This document shows, piece after piece, positions 26,101 through 41,100 of a DNA stretch of 64,000 nt. The stretch's first letter is position 1; the number at the start of each line of letters is the position of its first letter. The notes under the pieces are model-generated. The model was given only the letters and a program-made list of their open reading frames with translations. It had not been told where the DNA came from and made no database searches. A program made the translations under genes and the position numbers. Source of the DNA: Albugo candida (lineage: Eukaryota); NCBI GenBank assembly GCA_040437565.1, contig JBDOQK010000005.1:806001-870000 (forward strand), given 5' to 3'.

Positions 26101-29100
26101 TGGAATAGGAGATACGCAATTGAATATTTCCAATGTAGTTCGGGTTAGATACAAGTACATGTAATACAGCATGAGCAATGTGAAGCCAAAAAGTAGAGGT
26201 TTGTGCGTAGTCAATCGAGTGCGACGACCTTTGATATATCTTTTGAAGGCATATTTGGTGACAAAGATGATCACAGAAATAAGCGTGAGAGCCAGAGGCA
26301 ATACCTCAATACCAATCCACTTCATCTTATATGTAATTGGAACACTTAGGCACTCTGGAGCGATGATCTCCAAATTGAGATTGAATACAGAAAGAGATGA
26401 AAATACAGTTCGGATCGCATTTGGCCATTGGAGCCGAGTATTTCCAAAAATCGATAGTGTCTGAAAGTAGTCGATTCCGATTGACAAAAGGCTGAGGCTT
26501 ACTCCCTTTCGAGATAAGAAGTACGACAAGACACAAAGAATGGATATCACTATCAATACGATCACCATTAAAACCCATTTTTGAGCAGGACAAGAGCGAC
26601 AAGTTCCGTTCAATCGATGGTAGCTTTCTTCACACTCACTGCAGCGAATGCCCTTGTACCCTTTACCACATACATTTCTTCCTAGGCAAGCATCAAGAGG
26701 GTCACATCCAAATATATNNNNNNNNNNNNNNNNNNNNNNNNNNNNNNNNNNNNNNNNNNNNNNNNNNNNNNNNNNNNNNNNNNNNNNNNNNNNNNNNNNN
26801 NNNNNNNNNNNNNNNNNCTCCAAATTGAGATTGAATACAGAAAGAGATGAAAATACAGTTCGGATCGCATTTGGCCATTGGAGCCGAGTATTTCCAAAAA
26901 TCGATAGTGTCTGAAAGTAGTCGATTCCGATTGACAAAAGGCTGAGGCTTACTCCCTTTCGAGATAAGAAGTACGACAAGACACAAAGAATGGATATCAC
27001 TATCAATACGATCACCATTAAAACCCATTTTTGAGCAGGACAAGAGCGACAAGTTCCGTTCAATCGATGGTAGCTTTCTTCACACTCACTGCAGCGAATG
27101 CCCTTGTACCCTTTACCACATACATTTCTTCCTAGGCAAGCATCAAGAGGGTCACATCCAAATATATATTCGCCTTCACGCCAATAACCAGCTTCCGCTT
27201 GAGGAGGAGAATCACCTCCATTACATCGAGCGATTGGTGGGCATACCTCACAAAATCGAACCTCGGTTTTGTAGTAGCCAGCGCTACATTGGAATCGGAT
27301 TTCTGTTTGTGACTTGGCGGCAAGTAAATTTCCCCCAACATCGAGCACAAGATTGGTGATACCAGCTTGAATCTTCGGAGTTTTCCACATTAGTGTGTTG
27401 GCACTCTTCCATGTGACATTACCATTTGTCACTGAAGTATTAGAGGCAGCAAGTCTTCGTTTTTTTCGGTATAATGCTGCCGTATCAGAGCTATCTTGCC
27501 TTGAAAGACGTCGATTTCCCACCGTTGATTCACCAGCACTTTCCAGAAAACCTAGAGTAATGGCTCGATTAGGGAAGCACCCAAAATCACTTCCGCGGAT
27601 CTCAACGGTATTCGCACTATTCGCATCCGCCAAGTTCGGTATCTGCGAGTCGATAACGGGCTGGTTGAAAGTAAATCTTAGGGAGTTGCTGCTCACATTA
27701 TCGACAATCACGTAGACAGGGATATCCTTTCCAAGACCTGGAGGAACTTTTGTCCTTATCAGGTAGTCCGAATGAAAGTCAAATGATTCCATGGCGTTCG
27801 GATCGCTAAGGTCAGCGCTGTTTGGTGAAGCACACAATCGTTGGAAATCAGGTGACGAACAAGATTCTTTGAAAGCGAATCGTGGTAACACATCATACTC
27901 GGAAGGATAACACACAAGGTTCTCTGCATCTAAGCAAGGGCCACTGGTACTGTACTGACAAGCGTCGGCTTCACAGGCGAGTGGATGGGACGATTTCATG
28001 TCCACACGAGCTTCGCTACCTCCAATTAGCACTTTGGAGCGCCTGGTTCCAAAGTTTTTTCCGTACAGCGATATGAAGAAGCCACCGCAAGTGGTTAGAT
28101 TATCAGTGTCAGTGCTCAACGCCAGCAATTTGGGTGCTTCATAAGAAAACAAAATGTCGGGGCCGAGCGCGGGCTGTTTTGATATAATCAATCTCAAGTA
28201 TCTTTCGGCACCTTGACCAGGAGGTAAATAGAACTGGATAATGTTGTGGTTGAACAAGATGACATCTTTTTCAAATATGTCTATCGTTTCAAGAACTGAC
28301 GAATTAGGTGAACTTGGAACGAGTTGAAGTGACCAGGTATCTTTCTGTCTACCAAAGTTGCGTCCAGTGAGTGTTATCTTTACGCGTTCACAGTGTGTCG
28401 TCTGTGGAGGACAAACCATAGATACATGACCAGGACAAGATCCTCTGATGACCTCTACATATGGGCTATTCATAAGAGATTGATCTTCCCATCCATGAGC
28501 TGGTGGGGCTAAGGAAGATTCAGCAGATTGGTACAAGAGTACATCANNNNNNNNNNNNNNNNNNNNNNNNNNNNNNNNNNNNNNNNNNNNNNNNNNNNNN
28601 NNNNNNNNNNNNNNNNNNNNNNNNNNNNNNNNNNNNNNNNNNNNNNATCTTTTTCAAATATGTCTATCGTTTCAAGAACTGACGAATTAGGTGAACTTGG
28701 AACGAGTTGAAGCGACCAGGTATCTTTCTGTCTACCAAAGTTGCGTCCAGTGAGTGTTATCTTTACGCGTTCACAGTGTGTCGTCTGTGGAGGACAAACC
28801 ATAGGTACATGACCAGGACAAGATCCTGTGATGACCTCTACATATGGGCTATCCATGAGAGATCGATCTTCCCATCCATGAGCTGGTGGGGCTAAGGAAG
28901 ATTCAGCAGATTGATACAAGAGTACATCATCATACATAATTTTCCATTTTCCAGTAGTAAACGATCTGATGAGTGATAAAGACCGATGATCTGAGCCAAC
29001 ATAAACTGGCATGTCTCCAGAGAACACGTTGAGCAATTCTGNNNNNNNNNNNNNNNNNNNNNNNNNNNNNNNNNNNNNNNNNNNNNNNNNNNNNNNNNNN

Positions 29101-32100
29101 NNNNNNNNNNNNNNNNNNNNNNNNNNNNNNNNNNNNNNNNNAGTTGCGTCCAGTGAGTGTTATCTTTACGCGTTCACAGTGTGTCGTCTGTGGAGGACAA
29201 ACCATAGATACATGACCAGGACAAGATCCTCTGATGACCTCTACATATGGGCTATTCATAAGAGATTGATCTTCCCATCCATGAGCTGGTGGGGCTAAGG
29301 AAGATTCAGCAGATTGGTACAAGAGTACATCATCATACATAATTTTCCATTTTCCAGTAGTAAACGATCTGATGAGTAATAAAGACCGATGATCTGAGCC
29401 AACATAAACTGGCATGTCTCCAGAGAACACGTTGAGCAATTCTGCTACTTGAGTGTAGATAGCATCCACAGACGAAATGTTTGCTTTAATGCAGTAATGT
29501 GACTTTGATTTATCTATAGAAGAATCGATCTGTTGGAAATTACATTCAAATGGTGCTGTTTGCGTAGCGCACGGTTTTTCTGGAATGCTAACACATCCAC
29601 ACGTATAGCCATGTGTTGGACCGCTTGTTTGACTAATATTGTGAAGCACTGGCTGATCGTATGAAAATGTTGCATTTCGCATCGTTTCCTCATTTGTGAG
29701 GCCACTCACATTGACCACTATGGGAAGGTCGCACCCTTGACCTGCTCCAATCCTGCATATAATTTCATTGTGGGCAACCGAGACAATGTGACACCTGTAA
29801 GTGTCATTAAATGACACGCTATGTTGATCCGATAAAGATTGTGATCCTAGATTTTCTCCTTTGATACGCATTTCGTCTCCACCTTCTGTCGAATTACCCG
29901 TTGTAAAGTACGTGTAAATTACGGGAGCTTTGTATGCAAACAAAGTCTCATCTACTTGATCACCGACAACAAGCGAGAGCTTATGTCCACCTCCTTCACC
30001 TGCAGGAATTATCACGTCCAGACGGGTATGAGAATGAGACAGTATCTGCAGACCAAGCGAATCTAGAGTGACCGCTGGGGCCGTTCCAAAATTTGTTCCG
30101 ACTAATGTGGTGACTTTACCCTGCGTGGGTGCGGTGTATGCATTCGTCAGATCCCAATCAGCCCGTGGTGGTATATAATCTATGAACCGTATAGCGCTCG
30201 GTGTGCTACCTCGCAAAACTACCAAGTGTTGTGAGCTACCCTGTCCAGCGGGTACAGTACAAGTGAGCAAAGTAATGCCTGTAACACCAGCTCCACTCGT
30301 CGTGAGTAGTTTGCTGGGTGGTAGAACGGGAGTAGTGAGCTGGATGTTTGTGCATTGGGCAGAAGAGCCGACAAGCACCTTAACTTTTGAAGAACTTCCA
30401 AGATATTTGACATACAGGTTGAGTGTTGCCCCACCTATAGTCGCCGACTGTTGTGTAGACCTTCCAGCGACAGAAGATGGCTTATCACGATATAATGACG
30501 GATCCCCAGTAAAATGAAAGGATGTGGTGCAATTTGTTGCGTCGCAATTAGCAAGTAACGTATACCAATCTAATATGGTCGGGCAGCTCCAAACAAATGT
30601 CGCTGAATTACTCAAGATCCGGTTTCCTAATAATATTGTAACGAAGCCTGTTTTCTCCACGTAATCCGAGATGACAAGAGAATGATGACTCCAAGACGCA
30701 ATAAATTGATCGGTTCGGGAAACCAGGTTTTGAGACTTTATGCTGCTAAGATCGGCCATGGTGACAGGCGTTTTGGAGATAAGCAGTGTGCCGCTAGTGA
30801 AGAAGTTCGATCCGAGAAGAGTTAAAGTCACGCAAGTCGGCGCACATACAGGTGATCCTTCGTCTGTGTAAACTTGTTCGATGATGGGTAAGTCATAGCT
30901 TATTGGGAAGAATTCACTCTGCTGATAGATGCCCAAGAATTGTCCAGTTTGAATAGAGATGAAGCCATCCAGTCCGAATCCTGCAGGTATTCTCACAGTC
31001 AAGATCTCTAAACGTTTGTTATACAATTCCCAGGATAAGATTGGTAGGATTTGGGTCCTCGCCTTGACGAAGGTCTGCATCTCTGCTGGAAGTGTAAATA
31101 CAACCTTACACCCCGATTCTGTAGAATTTGCTCCGAAATTATGTCCCCTAATATGGATATATGTTGTTCCATTCGTGCTTGCAGTTAAAGATGAAATAGA
31201 GTCAATCGATGGTGTCCCGTACGATGTATGTGCTTCTGAAAGAAGTGAAGATTGGCCTCCAACTGCGACAATCCAGCGCAAATTCATTCCAGTACCTGGA
31301 TTACTCAAACAACAAATCGTAGAATCATTATGAAAGATAATCCTTTCGACTTTGTATTCTCTCCCTGTTGGACCATATGTGACGGCATCAAGATCAATCG
31401 AACTTGGACCAAAATTTCCGCCTTGTATTATAATTTCCTGAAATCCAAAGGCAGACGCATTGATGGAGCCGTCACCGCCAATGGATGTAATATACGGTCG
31501 TGCGTAATTGATAGTAGGGTTGGTGCTTGTCAGTCCATCTATGGTCACAGCCCAAGATAGTCTAATTCCTACACCGGGAATAGTATTGCAAACGATCCAT
31601 TCATTGTCGACCACAATCACACAATTTGATGCGGAAAACTCGGTTCCCATTACACCGTACGTAACGCTGTTTATTATGCTGGAATTTTTCCTTCCGAAAT
31701 TGAGACCACTGATGATAACTTCCTCATTACCACTGGTTTGCAACACACTAGTTCCATTTGGTCGAAACACTTTTGTGACAATAGGACCAGCATAGGATGT
31801 GTTCTGTATAAGGAAAGCAGATGTCACGTTTTCAATTGTCACCCTCCAGAGATGATTTGCTCCGGTTCCAGCTGGAGAGATGCATTCAATAGTATTGTGA
31901 AGATCCTTATTCATATAAAGCCGTTTGCAATTGGTTGGAGTGTATACTGTGTCATGCCCAGATGTGAACTCCAGAACTGGATCCCGGAAGAGAGCCACAT
32001 CGGGCCCAAAATCAGCACCCTCTATGAGAAATCTTGTACCTCCTATAGTGGAAAGACTTGAGAAGCCGCGTATAGAAGTGATTCTTGGAGCTAAGTAAGA

Positions 32101-35100
32101 ATGCAAGGTATCATCACTAGGATAATAGGCTTCGCTGCTAACATTATTCACCACGATACGCCAAACGAAATTGTTTCCACACCCTGGTACTGTTTTGCAA
32201 TTTAGTTCCACATGATCTGTGGTGACTATACAATCAGTGATCTCGAATTTGTGCTCTGAATTGAAATAGGATACAACTCGGTGCATTGAGGAGGTTGCAG
32301 CACCAAATCCTGACCCCAATATGCGCAGTTGATCACCACCTATCGTACTCAACGCTCCAAATGAAATTATACTCGTGATAGTCGGAGCCTCATAATGACA
32401 CAGACTCTCCGATTCAGGTGTAAAATCGTTACTGATTTGGCCACTAATCGCTACAACAAATGAAAATCCTTGTCCACTTCCTTGCACACTGCTACATTTA
32501 AGAGTCTGTTTTTGAGGGAAACCAGTTTGGTCTTGACCGTCCAGGGAGCAATTTTTAGCTGTAAATGCCCCATTTCCATATTTGACTGCTATCAGCTGGC
32601 TTGAGATACCTACGTAACCAAAATTGAAGCCTGTGATCACAATATTTTTGTTCTGTGCGTCGTGTGCAGTGGGGAATCGGTAGTTACAAACCACTGAGTG
32701 GATAATTGGTGCACCATAGGAGAGAAGAGGAACACTTGATGTCGCAGTAAAACGCACTGATCCAAGTCTCGGTACCTTCATTATGAGCGTCACCGTCCAA
32801 TATAGAAAGTTTCCAGCTCCGGGTGATGAAAGACATACTACTCCTGTATTACCCAGAACCAAGGAGCAATTCATAGCATCGTATAATACCCCAGACCCAT
32901 ACTTTGTGTATTGTAGCGTGAGATCCTCGATCAAGACGTCACTACCCATCCGTTGCTTGAATCCAATATTGGTACCACGAGCAAGCAGAAATTCACCTCC
33001 TTCGGTATTTAACATCGACGATGATGCAGAAGTCTCTCCGTCACTAGAAAGGATAGTTACATCATCAATGGTTGTGTCTTCTACATCTAGTATGGTAAGG
33101 CGCAAGGCGGTGGAAATAGCTAGAGGTGATTTACTCTCATCCACAACTCTAATTGTAATTTCATACTCCATAATAGATTCGTAGTCTAACGATCCATTCA
33201 AATAGATATGGCCAGTGGAGGCATTAATTCGGAAACTGGTGTCAGATCCGGATGGATAAATGCTGGTGATGATATACGTCATGGTAGAATATGAAGCCGT
33301 CAGAATATCAGGGTCTTTGCTGGTTACTTTGAACAGAAGTTCATCAATTGCGGCATTTTCTGGTACATTTGCGGTTGTGGCGAAAGAACCGAACCATTGC
33401 AATTCATTGATGTCGATGATTTGCACACGTATATCAAGTCTAGACGACAAGCCATTGCGGTCCTGTACCACAAGCGCAAGAAAATATAACTGAGGCTGAT
33501 TTTCATAATCCAATGTTTCTTTTAAAATGAGTCTTGCACAATTACCAAGTGCTGTGTCTTTCTCAATGCGCAAGGCGAAAATGGAATCGCAATTGTACTC
33601 ATTAATGCACCGAATGGAATACTGGAGTGCAGAATTATCACCCCGGTCAGGGTCATGTGCCCCAAGGCAACGATCGACTGTTGTGTTTTCGGTATTTTTC
33701 TCGTCAATCTCAAAAACCACATTTGATGCATCCGTGAGACTTCCAAAGGATGGTGATTCATTAACGTCCCTGATGAAAATGTTGAAGTCGGTGTTGCTAC
33801 AGCTATCAAACGTATCACAAGCTGCGACCGTACAATAATAAAGACTATTTGATTCATAGTCAAGACTGTTGCTCGGCCGTAATGTAATCTCTCCTGTAGA
33901 CAAATCAACCATAAAAGTGTTCTCGCAATATCGATTTTCTTTTGACAGTAAGCTGTATTCTAAAGTCTGAGTATCAACCGCGTAATTGGAAAGTTTTGAG
34001 CTTGCATTACCCTCCACCGGTGTCCCAGATGGAACATTTTCTTTTATGGTAAAATTTGATGGCATATTTTCCAGCCACATTGGCGGCATATTTGTACGAA
34101 GCACAGAAATACGTACGGGAACAACGATTGAGCAACGCTGAGTGTAGACAATACTCGATGTTTTCCCAGAACTTCCTCCATTATCAGTGATGATAATGAC
34201 AATATCGTATACAAGCGGAGCGATCATTTCGAAGTTGGAAGGGCTTCTCGAAAGATAAAGTTGACCAGACCTGGAGTCTATGGCAAACAGACTCGACGAC
34301 GACATATTGCTTGGAGATGCAAGATTATACTCCAGAATGTCTTCAACATCTTCGTCAAGAGCAGGTATGGGATACCCTAATTGTAGGCGTTTAGTCCTCT
34401 GTGTGTGGGCGTCTACCTCACTGACCGAAAAAGAGATGACGGATGCACCTACTGTCGGACAATCATTGGCATCTCTGACGGTTATTACAATGTGGCCTGT
34501 ACTATATAGTCCATTAGATGAGTAATACTCATCAAAGACAAGTATTGGAATAGAGTAAACCGATTTCTTTTCATAATTCAGTACTTGAGCGTTCATGCTT
34601 GAGCTATTACGGTCGCTTCGGTACGCTGTTTGATTCACAAGGACCGTAATGCTGTCGGTAGTATAATATCTGGCATCAAGCTCAATCCAGGTTTGATTTG
34701 TTGACTGTAATGAGGCATCACCTGTGTCATTATATGACATTTGGTCCCTTGCTAAATAGAATAATTGTACATCTGTTGCCCCATGCACTAATTTATACGA
34801 AAAGGACGGATTCTTGTCTGGATCTTCCGCTAGCAATTTGCAAGTTGAGGTTAAGTCGGCGCTCAAAAGATCCATCGTATTTTCAATAATCGAACAATGT
34901 ACGACCGGCGGTAAGGGTGTTTCTGCTACATCAATGAGATCGATGCGTAAATATCCGTCGCTGCATAGTGTGGAAATTATATCGTCACAGACACGTATAG
35001 TGAGTGAGTAAGTTGAAATTTCACGCTCATAGTCCAGTACTTTGGTCGTGTAGACTTCACCTGTTTCAGCATGGACCGCAAACGGTGTTGTCGTATCCAA

Positions 35101-38100
35101 TAAAATAAAGTGATTTCGGGTCATATCAATTACATCTTTGTCAGGGTCTACAATATCAGTTCGCATGAAAACACTGCCAATGGCTAAGTTTTCGCGTACG
35201 AGACCAGTTTGTGGATTTGATACCAAATATGCTGCTTCATTGACGTTGACGATGATGACCTCGATGACGGTAAACGTGATGTATTCACCATCACTATATG
35301 TTACATTGATCGAATAGAGAGATTGGCTCTCATAATCAAATGAGATCAATGCCCTGAGCTGTCCCGTATTACTGTTAATACCAAAACACTCGCTCATATT
35401 AGCGAGACCGAATGCAGGGTCTGATAGAGCGTTTACGGGTGATGTAATTGTGTACTTTGTAGCAGGTCCATCTACATCCAAGACGACCAACGGAGTGCCG
35501 AAATCTAATCCTGCTACAAGGTTTTCGAGTATCTTGAATGAGGAGGGTACGATCCGTGGGGGATCATTCACATTGAGTATGGACAATGTAAGAACTGTCG
35601 ATACGGTCAACTTTTCACAGATACTTTTATCAGCATTCACATTAAAGGATTCAAGAACAGAGCAGTTCCGTCCATCATCTTCGACGCTTACTTGAATGTA
35701 CAAAATAGGTAACTGCTCGTACTTGAACATCTTTTTGGACACTAAGGACCCATTCGGACTCATATGGACCCAATCCGATGCGTTCATAAGTGAATGTACC
35801 ACGACCGATGATATGTCGGGATCCAATGCTGAAACCTGGCCGATTTTTTCTCCTGGAAGTGTATTTTCTTTGATCTCCAGTAATGTAATCGGAGTGAAGA
35901 ACGGTGCTTCGTTTACATCCACCAAGTTGACAATGATTGTTGCGGTCGCAGATAAAGCGTCTGGATATCCCGTGTCCGTAGCTCGTATAGCAAAAACATA
36001 ATGAGGTGTTTTCTCGTAATCTAGAAGCTCTGAATGCTGTACGACCAGGTGCGATGTCGAAGCATCTAGACGGAAAGGAAGTAAACCCATACCCAAGTTG
36101 AGCAACGTATATACCAGAGTATTTGTCTGCCCAAAGTCGGGGTCCGCAGCTCTCAGCGGTTTGGTCTGAAATACGCTCCCATCAGGAGAGTTTTCCTTAA
36201 CCGCAAATTCATACAGAGTGCTTTCAAAAAGTGGCGCTTCATTCACGTCTCGAATGTTTAATCGTATGGTGGTTTCGTCCGTGGNNNNNNNNNNNNNNNN
36301 NNNNNNNNNNNNNNNNNNNNNNNNNNNNNNNNNNNNNNNNNNNNNNNNNNNNNNNNNNNNNNNNNNNNNNNNNNNNNNNNNNNNTGCGGTCGCAGATAAA
36401 GCGTCTGGATATCCCGTGTCCGTAGCTCGTATAGCAAAAACATAATGAGGTGTTTTCTCGTAATCTAGAAGCTCTGAATGCTGTACGACCAGGTGCGATG
36501 TCGAAGCATCTAGACGGAAAGGAAGTAAACCCATACCCAAGTTGAGCAACGTATATACCAGAGTATTTGTCTGCCCAAAGTCGGGGTCCGCAGCTCTCAG
36601 CGGTTTGGTCTGAAATACGCTCCCATCAGGAGAGTTTTCCTTAACCGCAAATTCATACAGAGTGCTTTCAAAAAGTGGCGCTTCATTCACGTCTCGAATG
36701 TTTAATCGTATGGTGGTTTCGTCCGTGGCACCAGATGAGTCAGTAACGCGCACCAAGATATTAAAGAATTTTTGGATCTCATAATCAAAACTCGCGGTGG
36801 CTGCGACGGTGACATTACCATCAGGTGATACGTGGATTTCAGGACATATGCACACTTTGGAATATTGCAAGATATCATCGTAATCTGGGTCCATAGCACT
36901 TAGAGACCCGATCCACGCACCCTTCTGAGGGTTCTCAGCAATCTCAAATAAGGCATGATCTAAACGTGGTGGCTCATTTTCGTTCTCAACGTAAATATGA
37001 ATCAAGCCTTGAGACATCAAACCGCCAATGTCGGTAATTGAAACGCGAACTTCAATTTTTTCTATTTGGTGCACCATCATCAAGCTCTCATAGTCGATTT
37101 CACGGCTGCCTGAATGTGTTAGGCATAATTCGCCGCTTTTTACTTCGAACCATTCTAACGAGGTGACTTGTGGACTCCGAAAGTCATGCTGGCTCAAGGT
37201 ATACTCCAATGCTGCGGGTATGGCTGCGATAAAGGCGAAGTCTGGACTCGAGGAAGCCTGAGACGGGAATACAAGAAGTTCTTCCCTTTCAACGATTCTA
37301 GCAAACACCATAAAACCCACCATGTTCGAAGAACTTTGAGCCACAATACGGGATGGTATTGACGTTCGAACATCCGAGACCTCTTCAAAAAGTTTGAATC
37401 CAGACTCCTTTATCCAACTTGGAGTACCGATAGTGTCTTCACTGTATAGAAGCAAGAGTGTTCCCTTACTTGCAACTCTGACGGAGACATTACTCGAAAA
37501 AACCGAGGAGATAGATCTTGTAGGCGAAAGAACCACAAAGGCGTCACGCCATTGTTTCGGTATTGCCGACCATTTGAAGTCACTGGAATCAGTAAACAAA
37601 GATTTACCGGCACTCAGTCGGGCAACATCATATCCTTCTCCATTGTAGGAGCTGGACTTGCTGACTGTCATATACCGATAATCATCATGCTCAGGATCCT
37701 GTGCTTGTATAGGCCCCAGACATGTTCCTTCAACAGTGTTTTCCACAACCCTGAACGTTTGGTCAGTGATACTGGGAGGCTCATTTACATTGAGAACTCG
37801 AATAGTGAAATTCGCATAGACTTCGACAATACCATCTGAGCACGAAAATGCTAACTCATATTCACGTTTTACTTCAAAGTCAACATTTTTCATATTCATG
37901 TATAACCGACCGCTGCTGACTTCCACACTGCATATGTCAGCTGCTCCTCTTCCATCGGTGTTGAATATTTTGTACGTGAGATGGTCACCTGCATCTTCAT
38001 CGTGGCATGGTAGAGTTGTGACATATTGTAAGGTGGGATGCGGTGCATTTCTAGATGCAAAAAGATCCGTATTTATAAAACGCTGCTCATAAACAACCAG

Positions 38101-41100
38101 TTCTGGAATCTGTGGAATCATCGGATGATCATTTATGTTGATCATCTCAATTTTATAATCCGAAATAGTTTGTAAGCCTTGTCTGTCTTGGACTCGAACT
38201 TGAATGGAGAACGCATTCTGATGGCCTTCGTAGTTGTACACCGCTGAATTGTAGACAGTAATTTTACCACTATCTGGATTGATCAAAACGGGATCTCCGG
38301 GTATTGTCACCGAGAGCAACTCATATGTAATCGTATCATTGTAGTCCACGTCAAATGCATCGATGTACCCAATAACAGTATCCTGAGGCACATTTTCAGT
38401 AATACTATACTTGCTTTGCTTACTATACAATATCGGTGCCTCGTTGGTGTCAACAACCATAATGACAAGATCATTATTGCATGCGAGGGATGGTGTATCG
38501 GTTGTTGGTACATCGGATACTTGGTAGCGCAGTCGAAAGTAGTTTTTCGATTCGAAATCAACTGCGGCCATGCGTTTAGTTCGGATTTGTCCTGAATTGT
38601 AGTCTATTATGAATGGTGAATCGTATGCATCGTCATTTAAATTGGTGGTGCCTGCGATTGACAGCAACTGAAAATTGTGGGACTGATCAATGTCTCCATC
38701 GGTAACAGCGACATAGCAGGGTGTCTGAGACCCCACCATACCCAGATACACACTTTCTGAGTTTTCTAAAATCCAGCAGTTAATAACCTGGCAGCTTGGA
38801 GGTTCATTATCATCCACTACGACTACATGAACTGTGGTTGATGCTGATAATTGAGTGGAATCCGTCGCAGTGACATTTAAAGTGTACATATTTGCCAATG
38901 ATAGATTAAATTGCCCACTATAAGCTACATATAAGCAGCCGTTGTTCGGATTCACAGCGAACATAGATCCATTGGCAGTGAGTGCATATTCCAGCGTATC
39001 GTTTGTATCAACGTCGTGACCATTTACTACTCCGAAGATTGAGGAAACACGAGCAAATTCATGTACTGCCATGAAGTGGTCACGCTGTTGAAAGTACGGT
39101 GGCTCTGCCATGTTGCTGATCTGAATTGTAAACTCGAAAGGTACGAGAAAGCCGCTGTTATCTGAAGCTATAATCATTCCTCGTATCGAGAGTGCCCTAT
39201 TTTTCTCGTAATCACAGCAGTTAGATGCTGTGTGAATTTCACCGCTTTCCGATATTGTCACGCTGTCAGCAACAGGTTGGCACTCCACCAGTAGAAACTT
39301 GAATGGATCACCCTCTGGGTCTTTCCCACGTAGCTTTGTTACGTAGGTATTGGGTGACGTGTTTTCAGAAATCACTATATACGCAACCGATGATGGATCC
39401 AGAGCTGGAGGTTCATTGATGTTATTCACGAAAAGAGCTAGTGGCATTTGGTCTTTCAGTTGAGGGGTACCCGTATCAGTGACTTCAAGCATAAAAGAAT
39501 GCATTGATTGATTTTCATAATCTAGCGCATTATAAGCTGTTGAAAGTAGAAGATCGCACGTTCTATCGGTAGTCTGATTGATGCGTACAACCATATTCAG
39601 TATCGATGCAGATGTTGTAGAAGGGATAACAATAGAGTAGGCGAGCCTTTGAGTCGCATTATCATCAAAGTCGCGCGCGCTAAATTTCTCCATTAATGTT
39701 CCATCTCCTGAATTTTCGTTTGCATAGAGACAAAAATGTGTATTATCTTCAAGTTGGTTGGTCGCAACCCCTGTAAGCTCGTTCAGAGCACAGTTTCGAG
39801 CTAACTGAGGCCGTTCATTTTTGTCTATGAGGTGCACAGTCACTTCGGTTTCCGCTGTGTTGTTGGCCAAATCCTTCACTACAACAACCAGAGTATATAA
39901 AGCTTGAGATTCGAAATCAAGAACACCATTTACTGCCAAATTGCCCGACCCTGAGTCGATAACAAAAGGCGTTTGTTCAATACTGCTGACACCAGATTGT
40001 GTAGTTTTTAGTGAATATGTCAGAACATCTCCTGCATCAGGATCACTCGAGTAAATCGAAGGACTAATTATTGTAAATCTTGGAGAGTTTTCTTCAATGT
40101 ATCGTGTTTGCTTTGAGTCAACCACTGGAGGCTCGTTAACGCCTTCGATTTGGACTAGGATTGAGCATTTGGATGATAAGGAAGAAGTGAGTCGACTAGA
40201 GTCATCCGAATAAGTGAAGATGTCCTCTATGATGGCTTCCAAGGTATAAATGGATTGTTTCTCGTAGTCTAGCTTAGCTCTCGACGTCACAAAGAGTCCA
40301 AAATATGTGTCATTCAATGGTTTGATCGTGAACCATCCATCCTCTTGTGAGTTGTCAGAATTCAAGATAGCAAAATTTCCAATACGATTGCGACTTGATA
40401 AATCTGGATCTGACCAACTCAATATATGCAAAAAATTCTCAGCTACAGCATTCTCTGAAATACTCACTGTAGTATCGTGGCAGATGGGCATTTCATTCCG
40501 ATCGTTGACGTAAACTTGTAATGGATTTGCTAGCACACTACTAAGCCCAAGCATATCGGTTGCTATTACGGATACGTTGTAAGTTGACTCTCTTTCGTAA
40601 TTCAAAACGTCGTCGTACTTAAGTCTCATCTCACCATCACAAGAATGCATTGAAAATATGTCTTGACTCTTCCCGGTCGATACCAAAATTATGTCAAGAA
40701 TCGAGTAGCATATTTGATCATGTGCGTCTGGATCCATTGCCGGCGTAAGAGTCCCAACGTACGTATTCAAGGGTGAATTCTCATCCACATAGAATGGAGA
40801 TTGATCTCGATAGAATGAGGGAGGTTCATTCATGTCCAGGACTACAATTTGAATGATTGTGTTGGTACGTAAGGAACTAGGTACATCCTCACGTGCTTCT
40901 TTGGCCCATACGACAAATTCGTATAGCGATATCTGTTCATAATCAAGCTGTCTTGAAACTCTAATGAGTCCTGAAGTTGGCGATACTGAGAAATCCAAGG
41001 TGTTGTTTTGGGAAAGAGTTATCGTATCATTTTCAGGGTCCCAGAAAACGATAGTTTCGCTAGCACCCAACGGAGAGGCATTCGTTGATCTAGAAAGAGC

